Below are positions 61,937-64,000 of a stretch of 64,000 bases of DNA, in pieces. This DNA is from an uncultured Holophagales bacterium (GTDB lineage: Bacteria; Acidobacteriota; Thermoanaerobaculia; Multivoradales; UBA5704). The first letter of the stretch is position 1, and every line of letters begins with the position of its first letter. The stretch spans positions 82,192 to 146,191 of the forward strand of contig CAWJGT010000007.1 in NCBI GenBank assembly GCA_963842525.1. Direction: 5' to 3'. The translations under genes were made by a program, and so were the position numbers. The notes below the pieces were generated by a model, which ran no database searches, had not been told where the DNA came from, and saw only the letters and a list, made by a program, of their open reading frames with translations.

Positions 61937-62358
61937 GATCCAACGCAGATAACGGTATCCAGCTCGTTGTAAGCGTATCCGGCGCAGATAAGCATATCCA
62001 AGGCAGATAAGCGTATCTGGCGCGGATATGGAACGCTATCCACGCCAGTGAAGCTTATCCAGCGCAGATAAGATCCAGATAACACTATCTGCCGCAGATA
62101 ACACTATCCAGCGCAGATAAGCTTATCCGCCGCAGATAAGCTTATCCAGGCCAGTGTAAGCGTATCTGGCACGGATAACACTATCTGCCGCGGATAAGCT
62201 TATCTGCGCCAGTGTAAGCTTATCCGGCATGGATAACACTATCTGGCGCAGATAACGTTATCTGCGCCGGTGTAAGCGTATCTGCCGCGGATAAGCTTAT
62301 CCAGGCCGTCTAAGCTTATCTGGCGCAAATGGCAGTATCCACGGCCGATACTTCTATC
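61937..62358. repeat. Tandem array of ~22 units: GATA-N4-TATC palindrome plus 7(8)-bp linker, 19-20 bp period
   Basis: For example GATAACACTATC-TGCCGCA-GATAACACTATC-CAGCGCA-GATAAGCTTATC-CGCCGCA. Confidence 0.9.
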
Positions 62359-62431
62359 CACAATCCACGCTCAGGGGCGGCGTGCGGGGTACGTAAAACC
62401 ATGCCTGCCGGGGCTTAGAGCGCCTAACAAA

Positions 62432-62545
62432 ACCGGCCTAACGGGCCGGGAGATTCTAGCCCAGGGCTGAGGCCGAAGGCCGACGCCCTGGGTCAACAAG
62501 CCCCCACAACCCTGCGGTCTGAAAGACCGCGAGAGCCTCTCAAAG
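62432..62545. repeat. REP-like multi-hairpin next to a TnpA fragment
   Basis: CCGGCC-TAAC-GGGCCGG; CCCAGGGC..GCCCTGGG; GCGGTC-TGAAA-GACCGC. Confidence 0.55.
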
Positions 62546-62700
62546 CTCGCGAAGTACTGCCCCCGGCTGCCCAGCCAATTGTTCGAGCTTTTCTTGAGCT
62601 GGCCGACCACGTCGCTCAGCGCCGCGGTCCGTGCGAGAAGAAAAAGGGCGTGCAAGTGGTCCGGCTCGGTGTTGATTTCGATCGGGGGACAGATGAGGCC
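62540..62700 (-). pseudogene. IS200/IS605 (HUH/RAYT-like) transposase fragment
   Basis: CPPIEINTEPDHLHALFLLARTAALSDVVGQLKKSSNNW. Confidence 0.75.
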
Positions 62701-62762
62701 AGGCAGCCGATTCTGGCGAAGGACACCAGCGGCCCGGTGTTTACGACGATCGGTTCAGCCAC
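62700..62762 (-). pseudogene. First ~21 codons of a DUF3368-type PIN toxin
   Basis: GTG-AEPIVVNTGPLVSFARIGCL, overlapping the UPF0175 gene stop. Confidence 0.6.
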
Positions 62763-63018
62763 GCCGCATGAACTCCACCTCGGAGTCGAGATCCTCGGGC
62801 TGGAGGTTGCTCATGGCAACGCCGATCCGCGGGAGGGCGAGGAGAAAGTCCACCCTGCCCTTCCCGCAGAGCTTTGCGGCGAGGCCCGAGCTCAGCCGGC
62901 CTACTTCGTAGAGCTTCGCGGCAAGGAGGAAGCGGGCCTCTTCGTCGAAGGCTCCGCGCGTCAGGCCGCTACTGAAGAGGACGTCGTCGCCGTAGTCGAT
63001 GGTCAAGCGGTGTTGCAT
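62755..63018 (-). CDS. UPF0175-family antitoxin-like protein
   Basis: LLAAKLYEVGRLSSGLAAKLCGKGRVDFL. Confidence 0.85.
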   Translation of the reverse strand: MQHRLTIDYGDDVLFSSGLTRGAFDEEARFLLAAKLYEVGRLSSGLAAKLCGKGRVDFLLALPRIGVAMSNLQPEDLDSEVEFMRRG

Positions 63019-63262
63019 GGCGGCCTCCTTGCCCTAGATTAACACGACGGGAGCGCCGGCAACACGGCGTGCCGGCTGGTGACCGGGAGCTCCGCGGAGC
63101 CGTTCTCAAGCAACCCCAGTGGAGCACCTGGGCGGCTCGATGCTAAACCTCCCGCCCCGGCGGGCGCTTTTGCGGTATCCGTCCGCTCGACCGCCTGGGT
63201 TCGGCGTCTCCCACAGAATGGCCCCCTCCCTTGCACCCAGTTCCTGGCAGACTCCAGGGAAA

Positions 63263-63859
63263 TTACAGAAGCCCACAAAACCTCAAAAGGGCAAGCAACA
63301 ATCTCCAAAGGGCAAACGCAAGTGCCAAGCCACCTAGCACGCCTACAAAGGCCATGAAGAGGAACGCCGCCGAAGAGCGCGTGGACTGCCCCTTTTCGGC
63401 TATTGGCGGAACGCTCCAATCACCAATCTTGTCGGCTATTATCTTCAAGGCGATGCTGTTCTTCATATGAGTGTACGCCAATCGATAAAGCAACCACCAC
63501 CCAAGCAATGAAAAAACTCCAAACAATGCCATCAGAAGCGTAATATATGTCGAGGCGTCTGGCCCAGTCGCTTTCTCGGCATAAGCGGCGACCAAGCCTG
63601 CCGCGGCAATTACCACCGTATGCACTCCCCAGCGGAGCGTATCGAAGTGCCTAAAATTGAGATACTTTTGACGATAGATTTCGAGGAGGACAGTACTCTC
63701 CGCTGGGAGATCGGGTCGAATTGCTCCCGTAGCGGCAACATTATCCTTCGCCTTCTCCTGAGCTCTTGCAAAGAGAATATGCGACCGCCACAAGAACCCA
63801 GTGACCACTAAGCCATAGAGAACAATCTGAAGAATCTGAAGAGCAAGCTGAAGGTTCAT
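63263..63859 (-). CDS. Low-GC multi-TM hypothetical membrane protein
   Basis: About four hydrophobic helices; markedly lower GC than the flanks. Confidence 0.6.
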   Translation of the reverse strand: MNLQLALQILQIVLYGLVVTGFLWRSHILFARAQEKAKDNVAATGAIRPDLPAESTVLLEIYRQKYLNFRHFDTLRWGVHTVVIAAAGLVAAYAEKATGPDASTYITLLMALFGVFSLLGWWLLYRLAYTHMKNSIALKIIADKIGDWSVPPIAEKGQSTRSSAAFLFMAFVGVLGGLALAFALWRLLLALLRFCGLL

Positions 63860-64000
63860 ACCGTTTCGATTCCCGCAGCGCTCAGAGCATGAACCAGGCT
63901 CATATCTGCACCGTATAAGAACCCTGTCATGCCCAGAGCCCTTGCAATTTCGACGAATTCCGAACGGTCATCGATATATATGCAATCCTCCGGTGCCACT
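63856..64000 (-). CDS. C-terminus of a HAD-family hydrolase (partial)
   Basis: Own translation VAPEDCIYIDDRSEFVEIARALGMTG; ATGA overlap with the next gene. Confidence 0.65.
   Translation of the reverse strand, partial: VAPEDCIYIDDRSEFVEIARALGMTGFLYGADMSLVHALSAAGIETV

Noticed and set aside
61937-62358. CRISPR array
   Set aside because: The 12-bp repeats and 7-bp mutually similar linkers are far too short, and no cas genes are present. Kept as an unexplained array.

Overview
High-GC bacterial DNA. The gene content (HTH-TPR regulators, HxxxCxxC mini-proteins, Uma2, several REP families) suggests Acidobacteriota/Thermoanaerobaculia; this is inference. Many single-base indels break otherwise conserved genes (kdpA/B/D, IS66, an ABC gene, an ArgE-like gene), which fits an unpolished long-read assembly. 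Layout: (1) 1-4.2 kb, glycosylation genes (GT4, UbiA-type, YfhO-like). (2) About 4.3-38.5 kb, an accessory region with a dense HTH/TPR/zinc-finger regulatory cluster around a small secreted peptide carrying two C-R-x-D-P-N-G-Q-C repeats, an IS66, gene debris, a nucleotidyltransferase TA pair, two ABC transporters, a TIR-TM-WD40 protein and a large potassium locus (kdpFABC, three sensor genes, kdpE, porin, kup). (3) 38.5-59.6 kb, mostly housekeeping genes (GGDEF-EAL, thiI, glyA, acyl-CoA carboxylase, tldD/pmbA, ychF). (4) 59.8-64 kb, a mobile element without terminal inverted repeats inserted precisely at CTA into a small helical-protein gene, followed by an array of about 22 palindromic units with a 19-bp period, then TA/TnpA fragments and low-GC genes. 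The best candidates for undescribed systems are the RRNPP-like HTH-TPR/peptide module (8.7-12.2 kb) and the helical protein plus 19-bp palindrome array (59.8-62.4 kb). No rRNA, tRNA or CRISPR array was recognised.
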